Source: an uncultured Enterobacteriaceae bacterium
GTDB taxonomy: Bacteria > Myxococcota_A > UBA9042
Length of the DNA stretch: 64,000 nt
Assembly (NCBI GenBank): GCA_964560875.1
Contig: CAZLMW010000005.1
Coordinates: 3,882-67,881, forward strand
Direction of reading: 5' to 3'
Below are positions 1-9,521 of the stretch, piece by piece. The notes beneath the pieces are model-generated. The model saw nothing but the letters and a program-made list of their open reading frames with translations. It made no database searches and had not been told where the DNA came from. The position numbers and the translations under genes were made by a program. Numbering within the stretch: the stretch's first letter is position 1; each line of letters begins with the position of its first letter.

Positions 1-1140
1 CTGTCCGTCCAACAGGCCGTGACGGTCACGCTCGCACAGTCCGGCTGGGCACAGGCGCGAGCGGCGGCGGGACGGGCGGCGCAGGCTCGATCGCGGCGTG
101 CGAGTCGCTGGGCCAATCCACAGCTGCAGTTTCAACGTGGCGAAGTGCCTGGCGTCGAGGTTGAACAGAGCCTGCTGGTCCAGCAAACGGTCGATCTGAC
201 GGGCCGCCGCAGCAAGCGATCGGCGGCCGCCATGTTGCGCGGCAACGCAGCCAAGCTCGCGATCGAGCGACAAAAACAGTTCGTTGCGAACGCGGTGCAA
301 CGGGTCTTCTACACGCGCCTGGCAGGTCAGCGACGCAGAGCCGTCTTGCGCGATTGGGCGCGGCGGCTCGCGACGATGCTCGATGTGGTCGATAAGCGCC
401 TCGCCGCCGGAACAACGAGCCGCTATGCCCGCCTGCGACTGGTGCGGGAGGTCCGGATGGCGCGGTCGCAGCTGGCCAGGTGCGAGGCCAACATCGCCGC
501 CGCAACGCATCGACTCGCCGCGTGGATGAACCAGCCCCCCGCGTCGCTGCCAAAGTCGATCGGCAAGCTCTTACCGGGGCCTCCGCCGGGACGGCCGTTG
601 GGCAAACGGGAACGAGCCGACATCCGGGCGGCCATGATGCAGACGAAGGCGTCCCGTCTCGATGCCGATGCCGCTGGCCGCGCGAAATGGCCGGTGCTCC
701 AACTCGGCCTCGGCTGGCGCAACCTGGCGGGCAGTGGCGCGTCCGGGCACGGTTACATCGTCACGCTCAACGCGACGCTGCCGGTCTTCAAGCGGGGTGT
801 CGCGGGGGCCGCATCGAGCCGGGCGCAAGCCGCGGGAAACGAAGCGCAGCTCGCCGTGACCCGCCGATCCGCACAAGCGAAAGCCACGGCCGCGCTCACC
901 CGCTGGGCCTTGCTGCACCACGCCACGGTCAGCTTCGACACCGCGCGCCGTCGGGACAACCCGCCGATGCTCGCGGCCGCCGATGCCGGTTTTGTTGGCG
1001 GCAGCCTCGGCGTAACCGGCGTGCTCGACGCACATCGGGCCGCAACTGAGGACGCGGTTGGAAACATCGCGCTGCGTGCCTCCACCCGTTTCGCCCAGCT
1101 CCAATGGCGACTCGCAACCGGCGCAGGAGGCCCCCGATGA
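1..1140 (+). CDS. czcC: Outer-membrane efflux protein, CzcC/TolC family (5' partial; open frame runs to base 1)
   Basis: No stop upstream in frame. Coiled Ala/Arg/Gln-rich sequence typical of OMF proteins. The stop overlaps the start of the next gene (ATGA), and the next two genes are a membrane-fusion protein and an HME-RND pump. Confidence 0.7.
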   Translation: MSVQQAVTVTLAQSGWAQARAAAGRAAQARSRRASRWANPQLQFQRGEVPGVEVEQSLLVQQTVDLTGRRSKRSAAAMLRGNAAKLAIERQKQFVANAVQRVFYTRLAGQRRRAVLRDWARRLATMLDVVDKRLAAGTTSRYARLRLVREVRMARSQLARCEANIAAATHRLAAWMNQPPASLPKSIGKLLPGPPPGRPLGKRERADIRAAMMQTKASRLDADAAGRAKWPVLQLGLGWRNLAGSGASGHGYIVTLNATLPVFKRGVAGAASSRAQAAGNEAQLAVTRRSAQAKATAALTRWALLHHATVSFDTARRRDNPPMLAAADAGFVGGSLGVTGVLDAHRAATEDAVGNIALRASTRFAQLQWRLATGAGGPR

Positions 1141-2813
1141 ACGCCGACAGCCGTCGCCGCAAGCGGCTCGTTTTGCTGACTTTCGTGGGCTTGCTCGCCC
1201 TGGCTTGCCATGAACACGAGCACGGACAACTCGGGCACGGGCACGACGAATCCCACGCACACGGGGACAAACACGAACACGGGGACAAACACGAACACGG
1301 GGACAAACACGAACGAAGCGACGAACACGGCAATGAACACGGGCACGGGCATGGGCACGGCGACGGTCCCGAGCCGCTCGTCTTCACGCACTTCACCGCG
1401 AAAACCGAGCTGTTCATGGAACTGCCGCCGCTTGTTGTCGGCGAATCCTCCACAGCCGCGGCGCACGTCACGCTGCTCGATGGGTTCGCGCCGCTCGCCG
1501 CCGGCAAGCTCACCGTGATCGTTCGCGGCACCGCCAGCGAAGACCGCTTCGTCGCGACCAGAGCCCAACCCGCCGGGATCTTTCGGCCCGACGTGCGACC
1601 GCGGGCGCCCGGGACCTACACCCTCGCCGTTGAGGTCGCTTGGTCGGGGCAACGCGTCGTGCACCAGCTCGGCAAGGTCACGGTTTTCGCCAGGGCCGCC
1701 GATGCAGCCGGTGCCGTCAGCGCGACTGGCGACGACAGCGCCATCACCTTCCTCAAGGAGCAGCAGTGGAAGATGGAATTTGCGCTCGCGCCGGTCGCCG
1801 TCCGCGCGATCCGGCCTTCGTTTGCTGCTTACGGCACGATCGTCGCGCGCCCCGAAGCCGACGTACACGTGTCCGCGCCGGTGGCTGGTCGCATCCTCGC
1901 CCCCGATGGCTTACCGCAGCTCGGCGACAAGGTGGTGCGCGGCCAGGTGCTGGCCCGCATCCTCCCGCAGCTCTCCGATGTGGGCGACCTGGCCGTGCTG
2001 CAGACCGCCCTGACACGCGCCGCCATCAGCCGCCGCAAAGCCACCCACGAAATCGCCCGCCTCACCAAGCTCGTCCGCGACGGGGCCACCGCCCGCCACG
2101 AGCTCACTGATGCAAGATTCGCCCTGCAACAAGCCGCCGCCGCCGAAACCGCCGCCCGCGCCCGTCTGCGCCAGGCCCGCCAACTCGGTCGGACCGACCG
2201 CGACGGCGACGCGCACTCCATGCCGATCCGCTCGCCGATCGACGGCCAGGTCGCACAGGTCAACACCTCGACCTCCGAGCTTGTGCGTTCTGGAAGCCAC
2301 CTCTTCCGCGTCGTCGACCTCGCCCGGCTTTGGCTCAAAGTCCACGTGCCCGAAACCCGAGCTGCCGCCCTTCGCGACGTCGCGGGCGCCTGGTTCACCG
2401 TCCAGGGCTTCGATCCGATCCTGCGCGCAACCGCCGCCGATGTCGTCGCGACGGCGGCCGTGATCGACGAGAAGACGCGCACGCTGCCCCTCTTCATCGC
2501 CGTCGACAACAGCGCCAGGCGCTTCCGCCCGGGGATGTTCGCCGATGTGCATGTCGCCACTGGCCGGGCGCGCCGCGTGCCGACCGTCGCCGCCTCCGCC
2601 GTCGTCCACGAAGCCGGCCTGCCCACCGTGTACGTCCAGGTTCACGGCGAGGCCTTCGAACGCAAAACCGTCCGACTCGGCAACCGTGACGGCGCCCACA
2701 TCGAGGTGCTCGCCGGCCTGGCCACCGGTGAACGTGTCGTCTCCAAGGGGGCCTGGGCGGTGCGACTCGCGGCGGCGGCTGGACAGCCGCGAGGTCATGG
2801 CCATGCCCACTGA
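1137..2813 (+). CDS. czcB: RND efflux membrane-fusion (periplasmic adaptor) protein, CzcB-like, with a His-rich N-terminus
   Basis: ATG at 1137 overlaps the czcC stop. Signal/TM then HEHEHG..(HGDKHE)x3..HGHGHGHG metal-binding tract. C-terminal beta-barrel/lipoyl-like adaptor region (PIRSPIDGQVAQV, RVVDL..LWLKVHVPE). Confidence 0.8.
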   Translation: MNADSRRRKRLVLLTFVGLLALACHEHEHGQLGHGHDESHAHGDKHEHGDKHEHGDKHERSDEHGNEHGHGHGHGDGPEPLVFTHFTAKTELFMELPPLVVGESSTAAAHVTLLDGFAPLAAGKLTVIVRGTASEDRFVATRAQPAGIFRPDVRPRAPGTYTLAVEVAWSGQRVVHQLGKVTVFARAADAAGAVSATGDDSAITFLKEQQWKMEFALAPVAVRAIRPSFAAYGTIVARPEADVHVSAPVAGRILAPDGLPQLGDKVVRGQVLARILPQLSDVGDLAVLQTALTRAAISRRKATHEIARLTKLVRDGATARHELTDARFALQQAAAAETAARARLRQARQLGRTDRDGDAHSMPIRSPIDGQVAQVNTSTSELVRSGSHLFRVVDLARLWLKVHVPETRAAALRDVAGAWFTVQGFDPILRATAADVVATAAVIDEKTRTLPLFIAVDNSARRFRPGMFADVHVATGRARRVPTVAASAVVHEAGLPTVYVQVHGEAFERKTVRLGNRDGAHIEVLAGLATGERVVSKGAWAVRLAAAAGQPRGHGHAH

Positions 2814-5800
2814 TTGGGAGCCCCGCTCGTGATCGACGGCGTCATCCTCTGGTCGTTGCGCAACCGCGCGATGGTGATCGTGCTCGCCGCGGGCCTTTGC
2901 GCGTTTGGCGGCTGGCGGTCGATGAACACGCCGGTCGACGTCTTCCCCGATTTGACCGCGCCCACCGTGGTCGTCGTCGCCGAAGCGCACGGCATGGCTC
3001 CCGCCGAGGTCGAAGCGCTGCTCACCTTCCCCCTCGAAACCGCGCTCAACGGCGCCGCCAACGTCCGCCGCGTTCGCTCCAAGACAAGCGTCGGCCTCGC
3101 CGTCGTGAGCATCGACTTCGCCTGGGGCACCAACATCCACATCGCCCGCCAGGTCGTTGTAGAACGGCTGCAGCTGCTCGCCGGCAAGCTCCCCGCCGGC
3201 ATCGAACCGCCCGTCATGGGCCCGATCACCTCGATCATGGGCGACATCCTCTTTGTCGGTATGACGTCAACGAAACACGACCCCATGGCGCTGCGCACCG
3301 CTGCCGATTGGACCGTCGCGCGCCGCTTGCTCGCCGTGCCCGGGGTCGCCCAGGTCATCACCATTGGCGGTGACGTCCGTCAGTTCCAGGTGCAGCTGGA
3401 CCCGCGGCGCCTCGACGCCTACGCCCTGACCGCCGACGATGTCGCCCACGCCCTCGAAGCGGCCAATGAGAACACCTCCGCCGGATTCCTCGTCCACGGC
3501 GGCCAGGAGCACCTCATCCACGGCATCGGTCGGGTCGGCAACTCGGCCGACATCGGCGCCACTCTCGTGACCCAGCGTGGCGATCTGCCCATTCTCGTCA
3601 GCGACGTCGCCAAGGTCCGCGTCGGCCCGGCCCTCAAGCGCGGTGAAGGCGGCGTCAATGGCAAACGCGGCGTCGTCGTGGCGATCCGCAAGCAACCGCG
3701 CGCCAACACGCTCCGCCTGACCCGCCGCATCGAAGAAGAGCTCAAGAGCCTGCAGACCGCCCTCCCCACCGGCATGAAAATCCACCCCGGCCTGTTCCGG
3801 CAGGCCAGCTTCATCGAGGTCGCCGTCCGCAACGTCGGCATCGCCCTGCGCGACGGCGCGATCCTCGTGGTGCTCATCGTGCTGGTCTTCGTCTCGAGCA
3901 TCCGCGCGACCATCATCACCGCGCTTGCCATCCCCCTGTCGCTGCTTACCGCGCTCATCGCTCTGTCCGCGTACGGCGCCGAGATCAACACAATGACGCT
4001 TGGCGGCATGGCCATCGCCGTAGGGGCGCTGGTCGACGACGCCATCATCGACATGGAAAACGTGGTGCGACGGTTACGGCTCCGCGCCCTCCAACCCGAA
4101 CAATCCCGGGCGCCCGTCCTCCGCACCGTTTTCGAGGCCAGCCGCGAGATCCGCGCATCCATCGTCTTTGCGACCTTCATCATCCTGCTGGTGTTCGTGC
4201 CGCTGTTCTTCCTGTCGGGCGTCGAAGGCCGGCTGCTGCGACCGCTCGGCGCCGCCTACATGCTGGCTTTGACGGCATCTCTCGGGGTCGCCCTGACCGT
4301 CACGCCGGTGCTCTGTTCATGGCTGCTGCCGACCGCCGGGGCCGTCCGCAAACACAAAGAACCGGCCATTGTGAAGTGGCTCAAGGCCGCCTATCGCCCC
4401 GTCCTCGCCACGGGCATGCGCTACTGGGACGCGCTGCTCGTGGTCGCCGCGGTGGCCTTCGTGGTCGCTGCGATCGCCCTATTCGGCGCGGGTCGCTCAT
4501 TCTTGCCCCAGTTCAATGAAGGCTCTCTAACCCTGAACCTGGTGGCGTTGCCGGGCACATCGCTGACCAAATCCGACGCCCTTGGCCAACGCGTCGAGTC
4601 GATCCTGCTGAGCCACGCCGAGGTGATCTCGACCGCCCGCCTCACGGGCCGCGCCGCCGGCGACGAACACGCCCAGGACGTCCACGCCTCCGAGGTCGAA
4701 GTCCGCCTGCGCCCCACCAAACGCGATCGGGAAGCCTTCCTCGCCGCCCTCCGCAACGATCTCGCCGCCGTGGCCGGGCTCGCGGTCACCATCGGTCAAC
4801 CCATCGAGCATCGCATCGACCACATGCTGTCGGGCACCCGCGCCAACATCGCCATCAAGATCTTCGGCCCCGATCGCCACGTCCTTCGCAGACTCGGCCA
4901 GCGCGTGGAATCCGCCGTCGAGCCCATCGCCGGCGTCGTGGATTTGCAGCAACAGACCCAGGCCGACGTGCCTTTCGTCCAACTGCGCTTCAAGCGTCGC
5001 GCGATCGCCCGCCACGGTCTCACTGTGCGTTTTGTGTCCCGCGAGATCGAGACCGCTTTCGCCGGCCGCGCCGTCACCCGCCTGCTTGACGGCGCCGCCG
5101 TTTTCGACGTCGTGGTCCGGTACGCCGGCGCCACTGAACGGGCCCTCGAAGATGTCCGCCAGACCCGGATCGGCACGCCTTCCGGAGCGCGCCTACCCCT
5201 GCATGTGCTCGCCGATGTGCAACGTGCATCCGGACCCAACCGGATCGTGCGCGAGAATGTGCAGCGCCTGCTCGTTGTCAGCTGCAACGTCGCGGATCGG
5301 GACCTCGGCTCGGTGGTCAACGATATCCGCGAGACCGTGGCCGCCAATGTGCCGATGCCCGCCGGTTACCGCGTCGCTTACGGCGGCCAGTTCGAGAGCG
5401 CGCAAGACGCCCTGCACGTGCTCGGTTGGGTCGGTCTGGCCGTCCTGCTCGGCATCTTCGTCATGTTGCTGTCCGCGATCGGGTCAGCCCGCGACGCGCT
5501 TCTTGTGATGGTCAACTTGCCGCTGGCGCTGATCGGGGGCGTAGGCGGTGTCTACCTCGGCAACGGCGTGGTCTCCGTCGCGTCCGTCATCGGCTTCATC
5601 ACGCTTTTCGGAATCGCGACCCGCAACGGCATCATGCTGGTCACCCACTTTCATCACCTGCGCGACGAGGAGGGCGAGACCGATCCCGACGTCATCGTTA
5701 CCCGCGGCGCCCTCGAGCGCTTGTCGCCGATCCTCATGACCGCCCTCGCCTCCGGGCTCGGCTTGTTACCCCTGGCGCTCGCAGCGGGCGAACCCGGCAG

Positions 5801-5963
5801 CGAAATCCAGGCCCCGATGGCGCTCGTCATCCTCTGCGGCCTGGCCACGTCGACCGCGCTGAACATGCTGGTCCTGCCCGCCCTCTACCGACGATTCGGC
5901 GCCGCGTGTGCCGTTGCCATCGAGCCGCCAACCAGCCCGACCGCCCTGCAAGAGCTCGCATGA
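2814..5963 (+). CDS. czcA: Heavy-metal efflux RND permease, CzcA/CusA family (HME-RND)
   Basis: About 1045 aa, 12-TM RND layout, N-terminus VIDGVILWSLRNRAMVIVLA, AIAVGALVDDAIIDMENVVRRL motif. Start is TTG at 2814 or GTG at 2829, immediately after the czcB stop. Confidence 0.85.
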   Translation: MGAPLVIDGVILWSLRNRAMVIVLAAGLCAFGGWRSMNTPVDVFPDLTAPTVVVVAEAHGMAPAEVEALLTFPLETALNGAANVRRVRSKTSVGLAVVSIDFAWGTNIHIARQVVVERLQLLAGKLPAGIEPPVMGPITSIMGDILFVGMTSTKHDPMALRTAADWTVARRLLAVPGVAQVITIGGDVRQFQVQLDPRRLDAYALTADDVAHALEAANENTSAGFLVHGGQEHLIHGIGRVGNSADIGATLVTQRGDLPILVSDVAKVRVGPALKRGEGGVNGKRGVVVAIRKQPRANTLRLTRRIEEELKSLQTALPTGMKIHPGLFRQASFIEVAVRNVGIALRDGAILVVLIVLVFVSSIRATIITALAIPLSLLTALIALSAYGAEINTMTLGGMAIAVGALVDDAIIDMENVVRRLRLRALQPEQSRAPVLRTVFEASREIRASIVFATFIILLVFVPLFFLSGVEGRLLRPLGAAYMLALTASLGVALTVTPVLCSWLLPTAGAVRKHKEPAIVKWLKAAYRPVLATGMRYWDALLVVAAVAFVVAAIALFGAGRSFLPQFNEGSLTLNLVALPGTSLTKSDALGQRVESILLSHAEVISTARLTGRAAGDEHAQDVHASEVEVRLRPTKRDREAFLAALRNDLAAVAGLAVTIGQPIEHRIDHMLSGTRANIAIKIFGPDRHVLRRLGQRVESAVEPIAGVVDLQQQTQADVPFVQLRFKRRAIARHGLTVRFVSREIETAFAGRAVTRLLDGAAVFDVVVRYAGATERALEDVRQTRIGTPSGARLPLHVLADVQRASGPNRIVRENVQRLLVVSCNVADRDLGSVVNDIRETVAANVPMPAGYRVAYGGQFESAQDALHVLGWVGLAVLLGIFVMLLSAIGSARDALLVMVNLPLALIGGVGGVYLGNGVVSVASVIGFITLFGIATRNGIMLVTHFHHLRDEEGETDPDVIVTRGALERLSPILMTALASGLGLLPLALAAGEPGSEIQAPMALVILCGLATSTALNMLVLPALYRRFGAACAVAIEPPTSPTALQELA

Positions 5964-6132
5964 TCGACCCGCGCCGCTTTCAGGCTGTTCATGCTCCCTT
6001 TTGGAGCTGCCACGGAATCCCGGGTTGGACCGGCTGGTTGTAATTCGGTGGTCGACGCCTTGCGGATTGGCTCTCGCGGCGGGTCTCACATCAAAGACCG
6101 AGCGCATTCCGCGCCGCCCTACGGAGCCCACC

Positions 6133-7845
6133 ATGAACACCATCGACCGTCATCGACACCAGATACTGCCCATCGTCCTCGCCTTCGTGCTCGGATTCAA
6201 CGCCGGCTGCGAAGCGGAAACAACCGGTGCCCCCGATCCCATCGACGCGTCCGTTGACGGCAACGTGGATGGTGGCACCAGCGGCGCCGGGACAACGAGC
6301 GGCCTGACCTCCCAGCAAGTCGCGGAAGCAACCGATCCGGACGGCCCCACGCGCTACGACAAGATCTTCGACGGCGACGTGATCCATGACTTGACGGTCA
6401 CTTACAGACCCGGCTCCTGGGACAAGCAGCAAGCCGATATGGTGAAGCTCCTCGGCGAATTTGGTGCCGGCGGCGGCGCAGGGGGCGGTGGTCCGGGCGG
6501 CGGTGACAAGGGCGGCGGTGACAAGGGCGGTCCAGGCGGAGGTGGTGGAGGTCCCGGCGGCGGCAAGGGGCCACCGGCCGAGGCGTTCGCGGCATGCGAT
6601 AAGGCGTCGTCCGGGGATAAATGCACCGTCAGCGTCGGCGGCAACAAGGCGTCGGGCACCTGCGATGATTTCCAGGGCAAGCTCGCCTGCAAGCCCGAAG
6701 GTATGGGCGCCGGCGGCGGAAAGGGCGGCGGCCCGGGCGGCGATCCGCTCAACGGCGGCACCGACCTCGTCAAGGACGATCCGGCGTGGGTTGCGGTCGA
6801 CGTTATCTTCGACGGTGTGCCGCTGAAGTGGGCCGGCCTCCGCTACAAGGGCAACTCGACACTCTCCAGCTCGTGGCGCGGCGGCGTTCACAAGCTCCCG
6901 TTCCGCGTCACCATGGACAAATTCGAGGACGACCACCCCGAAACCAAGAACCAGCGGCTGTGGGGCTTCAAGAAGCTCACGTTCGCGCCCGCCGCCAAGG
7001 ACGCGTCCTTCTTACGCGACGTGTTGGCCGGTGAGGTGCTCCGTGATCGCGGCGTTCCATCGGCCCGCACGGCGTTCTGCCGCGTCTTCGTCGACAAAGG
7101 GGACGGCAAGGGCACGGTCTACGCCGGCCTCTACATCGCCATCGAGGATCCCGCCAACAAGATGATGAAGACGGTCTTCGGCGATAAGAGCGGCAACCTC
7201 TACAAACCCGACGGACCCGGCGCCACGTTCGCGGTGTTCAACCAGTCGTCCTTCGTGAAGAAGACCAACGAAGACGACGCCGACTTCAGCGATGTCAAGG
7301 CCGTCGTCACCGCTCTCAACGCCGATCGCAGCGACGCCGCGGCGTGGCGCAAGACGGTCGATAAGCTCTTCGACGTCGATGGCTTCTTGCGCTGGCTCGC
7401 CGTCAACTCCGCGATGCAGAACTGGGACGCCTACGGGCGCATGACCCACAACTACTACATCTACGCTGACCCCGGTCAGGCCGGTCGCCTCGTCTGGATT
7501 CCGTGGGACCACAACGAAGCGTTCACCAACGGCAAGGGCCTGGCCGATCCCATGCACGCGGACGTCGACGCCACGTGGCCGCTGATTCGCTTCCTGCTGG
7601 ACGATCCCGTTTTCGGAGCGGCCTACAAGGTGCATCTCGGCAAGGCGATCGAGGGCCTCTACGCCGAAGCCGCGTTCGAAGCCCGCGCCAAGAAGCTGCA
7701 CGCGCTCATCGCCAAGGACGTCGCGAACGAGTTGGCGCCGTGGACCCAGCTGTCCGACCCTTCGGCGTTCGCGACGTCTGTCCAGGCCCTCGTTGACCAC
7801 GCCAAGGCGCGTCGTTCGGCGATCAGCGCGTCGTTGGCGAAGTAG
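6133..7845 (+). CDS. CotH kinase-family protein, secreted/lipoprotein with a Gly-rich linker
   Basis: Signal peptide ending ..LGFNAGC. Gly/Lys low-complexity tract. C-terminal region YYIYADPGQAGRLVWIPWDHNEAF and the following helices match the CotH family as I remember it. Confidence 0.65.
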   Translation: MNTIDRHRHQILPIVLAFVLGFNAGCEAETTGAPDPIDASVDGNVDGGTSGAGTTSGLTSQQVAEATDPDGPTRYDKIFDGDVIHDLTVTYRPGSWDKQQADMVKLLGEFGAGGGAGGGGPGGGDKGGGDKGGPGGGGGGPGGGKGPPAEAFAACDKASSGDKCTVSVGGNKASGTCDDFQGKLACKPEGMGAGGGKGGGPGGDPLNGGTDLVKDDPAWVAVDVIFDGVPLKWAGLRYKGNSTLSSSWRGGVHKLPFRVTMDKFEDDHPETKNQRLWGFKKLTFAPAAKDASFLRDVLAGEVLRDRGVPSARTAFCRVFVDKGDGKGTVYAGLYIAIEDPANKMMKTVFGDKSGNLYKPDGPGATFAVFNQSSFVKKTNEDDADFSDVKAVVTALNADRSDAAAWRKTVDKLFDVDGFLRWLAVNSAMQNWDAYGRMTHNYYIYADPGQAGRLVWIPWDHNEAFTNGKGLADPMHADVDATWPLIRFLLDDPVFGAAYKVHLGKAIEGLYAEAAFEARAKKLHALIAKDVANELAPWTQLSDPSAFATSVQALVDHAKARRSAISASLAK

Positions 7846-7863
7846 CCGTACCGGGATTGCCGG

Positions 7864-8097
7864 TCAGATCTTCGCGAGCAACATGAAACCGAGCACCAGC
7901 GAGTAGATCGCCAGCGACTCAATGAGCGCCAAGGCCAGCACAAACGGCGTGAAGATGTCCTTGGCGGCCGACGGATTGCGCCCGATCGCTTCGAGCGCCG
8001 CCGACGCAGCACGTCCCTGTCCCAGCCCGCAGCCAGCAGCCGCAAGTCCCATGCCCAGCGCCAGCGCCAGCGCGATAAGTCCCGAGTTGATGCCCAT
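7864..8097 (-). CDS. atpE: F-type ATP synthase subunit c (proteolipid), solitary
   Basis: 77 aa, two TM helices, GLAAAGCGLGQG loop-proximal Gly motif, conserved carboxylate in LALIESLAIYSLV. No atpB or atpF adjacent. Confidence 0.75.
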   Translation of the reverse strand: MGINSGLIALALALGMGLAAAGCGLGQGRAASAALEAIGRNPSAAKDIFTPFVLALALIESLAIYSLVLGFMLLAKI

Positions 8098-8492
8098 GAT
8101 TGCCTCCAGCGCGCCGCCGGTGCGACCGGGATGGCCGCGGTCACGGCGGTTGTGCTGCCTGAGAGAGCAACCTTCGTGCCAAACACGAACTGACTGAAAT
8201 CATGGTTGTTTTGAACGTCTCTGAGATGCGCGAACGCAACGTTGTGCGCACCGATGTTGCAGGGATGCCACGTTCTCGGTAACAGACCCGCGGTCGCTGC
8301 GACGAGACACGACTGGAGCACCGAACAGCAATGCTTCTCGGTGCATGATTGTTATTTGGTTGGGGAACTATGAGCGTCCCCACGCCCCGAAAAGTGTCAT
8401 TTTCGTGGCGTTCCCCATCCCAGAGCGCCGATTCCTGATCGCCGCTCTAGCACATGCGCCGGTGTTTTCCGCGCGCGACCCAAGGACCTGAC

Positions 8493-9350
8493 ATGACCAA
8501 CGAGACCGACTACCAGCCGCCCGAGGTGTGGCAGTGGGAAACCGACAAGGACAGCGCGTTCGCGAGCATCAACCGCCCGATCGCCGGGCCGACGCACGAC
8601 AAGGAGCTCCCGGTCGGCGAGCACCCGCTGCAGCTGCACTCGATGGGCACGCCCAACGGCGTCAAGGTCACGATCATGCTCGAAGAGCTGGTCGAGCTGG
8701 GCATCGCGGAGGCCGAGTACGACGCATGGCCCATCAACATCCTCAAAGGCGATCAGTTCAGTAGCGGATTTGTCGACATCAACCCCAACTCCAAGATCCC
8801 GGCGCTGCTCGACCGCAGCGTGGACCCGCCGCTGCGCATCTTCGAATCGGGCTCGATCCTCATCTACCTGGCCGAAAAGCACGGCGTGTTCCTGCCCACA
8901 GACATCCGCGCGAAGACCGAGACGCTCAACTGGCTGTTCTGGCAGGTCGGAGCAGCCCCTTACCTTGGCGGCGGCTTCGGTCACTTCTATGCCTATGCGC
9001 CGTTTAAGAGCGAATACGCCATCAACCGCTTCGCGATGGAGACCAAGCGCCAGCTCGACGTGCTCGACCGGCAATTGGCCGACAACGCCTACATCGCCGG
9101 CGACGAGTACACCATCGCCGATATGGCCATCTGGCCGTGGTACGGAGGCCTGGTGTCCGGCTTGCTCTACGGCGCCGCCAAGTTCCTCGACGTGCAGAGC
9201 TACACGCACGTCCAGCGCTGGACCAAGGCGATCAACGACCGGCCCGCCGTCAAACGTGGCACGCGCGTCAACCGCGTCTGGGGACCACCGCAGCGCCAGA
9301 TGCCCGAGCGGCACAGCGCCGCCGACTTCGACACACCACCGGTCGAGTAG
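8493..9350 (+). CDS. yghU: Nu-class glutathione S-transferase, YghU family
   Basis: Near colinear with E. coli YghU over its whole length, e.g. PLQLHSMGTPNGVKVTIMLEEL, DAWPINILKGDQFSSGFVDINPNSKIPAL, YTIADMAIWPWYGG. Confidence 0.9.
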   Translation: MTNETDYQPPEVWQWETDKDSAFASINRPIAGPTHDKELPVGEHPLQLHSMGTPNGVKVTIMLEELVELGIAEAEYDAWPINILKGDQFSSGFVDINPNSKIPALLDRSVDPPLRIFESGSILIYLAEKHGVFLPTDIRAKTETLNWLFWQVGAAPYLGGGFGHFYAYAPFKSEYAINRFAMETKRQLDVLDRQLADNAYIAGDEYTIADMAIWPWYGGLVSGLLYGAAKFLDVQSYTHVQRWTKAINDRPAVKRGTRVNRVWGPPQRQMPERHSAADFDTPPVE

Positions 9351-9521
9351 GCAACCGCATCGATTCCGCATGGTGAGCTTGCAGATCGAGTCAGCGCACG
9401 TTGACGCCTGCAATCACCGACCCAGAATTGCTACGATGCCCGACATGGCGCGCGCGCCCCTTTTCACGCCACATGCGCCGCCGCCAGCAGCTACAAGCCT
9501 GGCACCACGAACGGAGATGAC

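Noticed and set aside
753-3140. Long minus-strand ORFs (753-1868, 1911-3140, 2795-3364) antisense to czcB/czcA
   Set aside because: Arg/Ala/Gly-rich low-complexity translations typical of antisense frames in high-GC DNA. They overlap strongly supported efflux genes.
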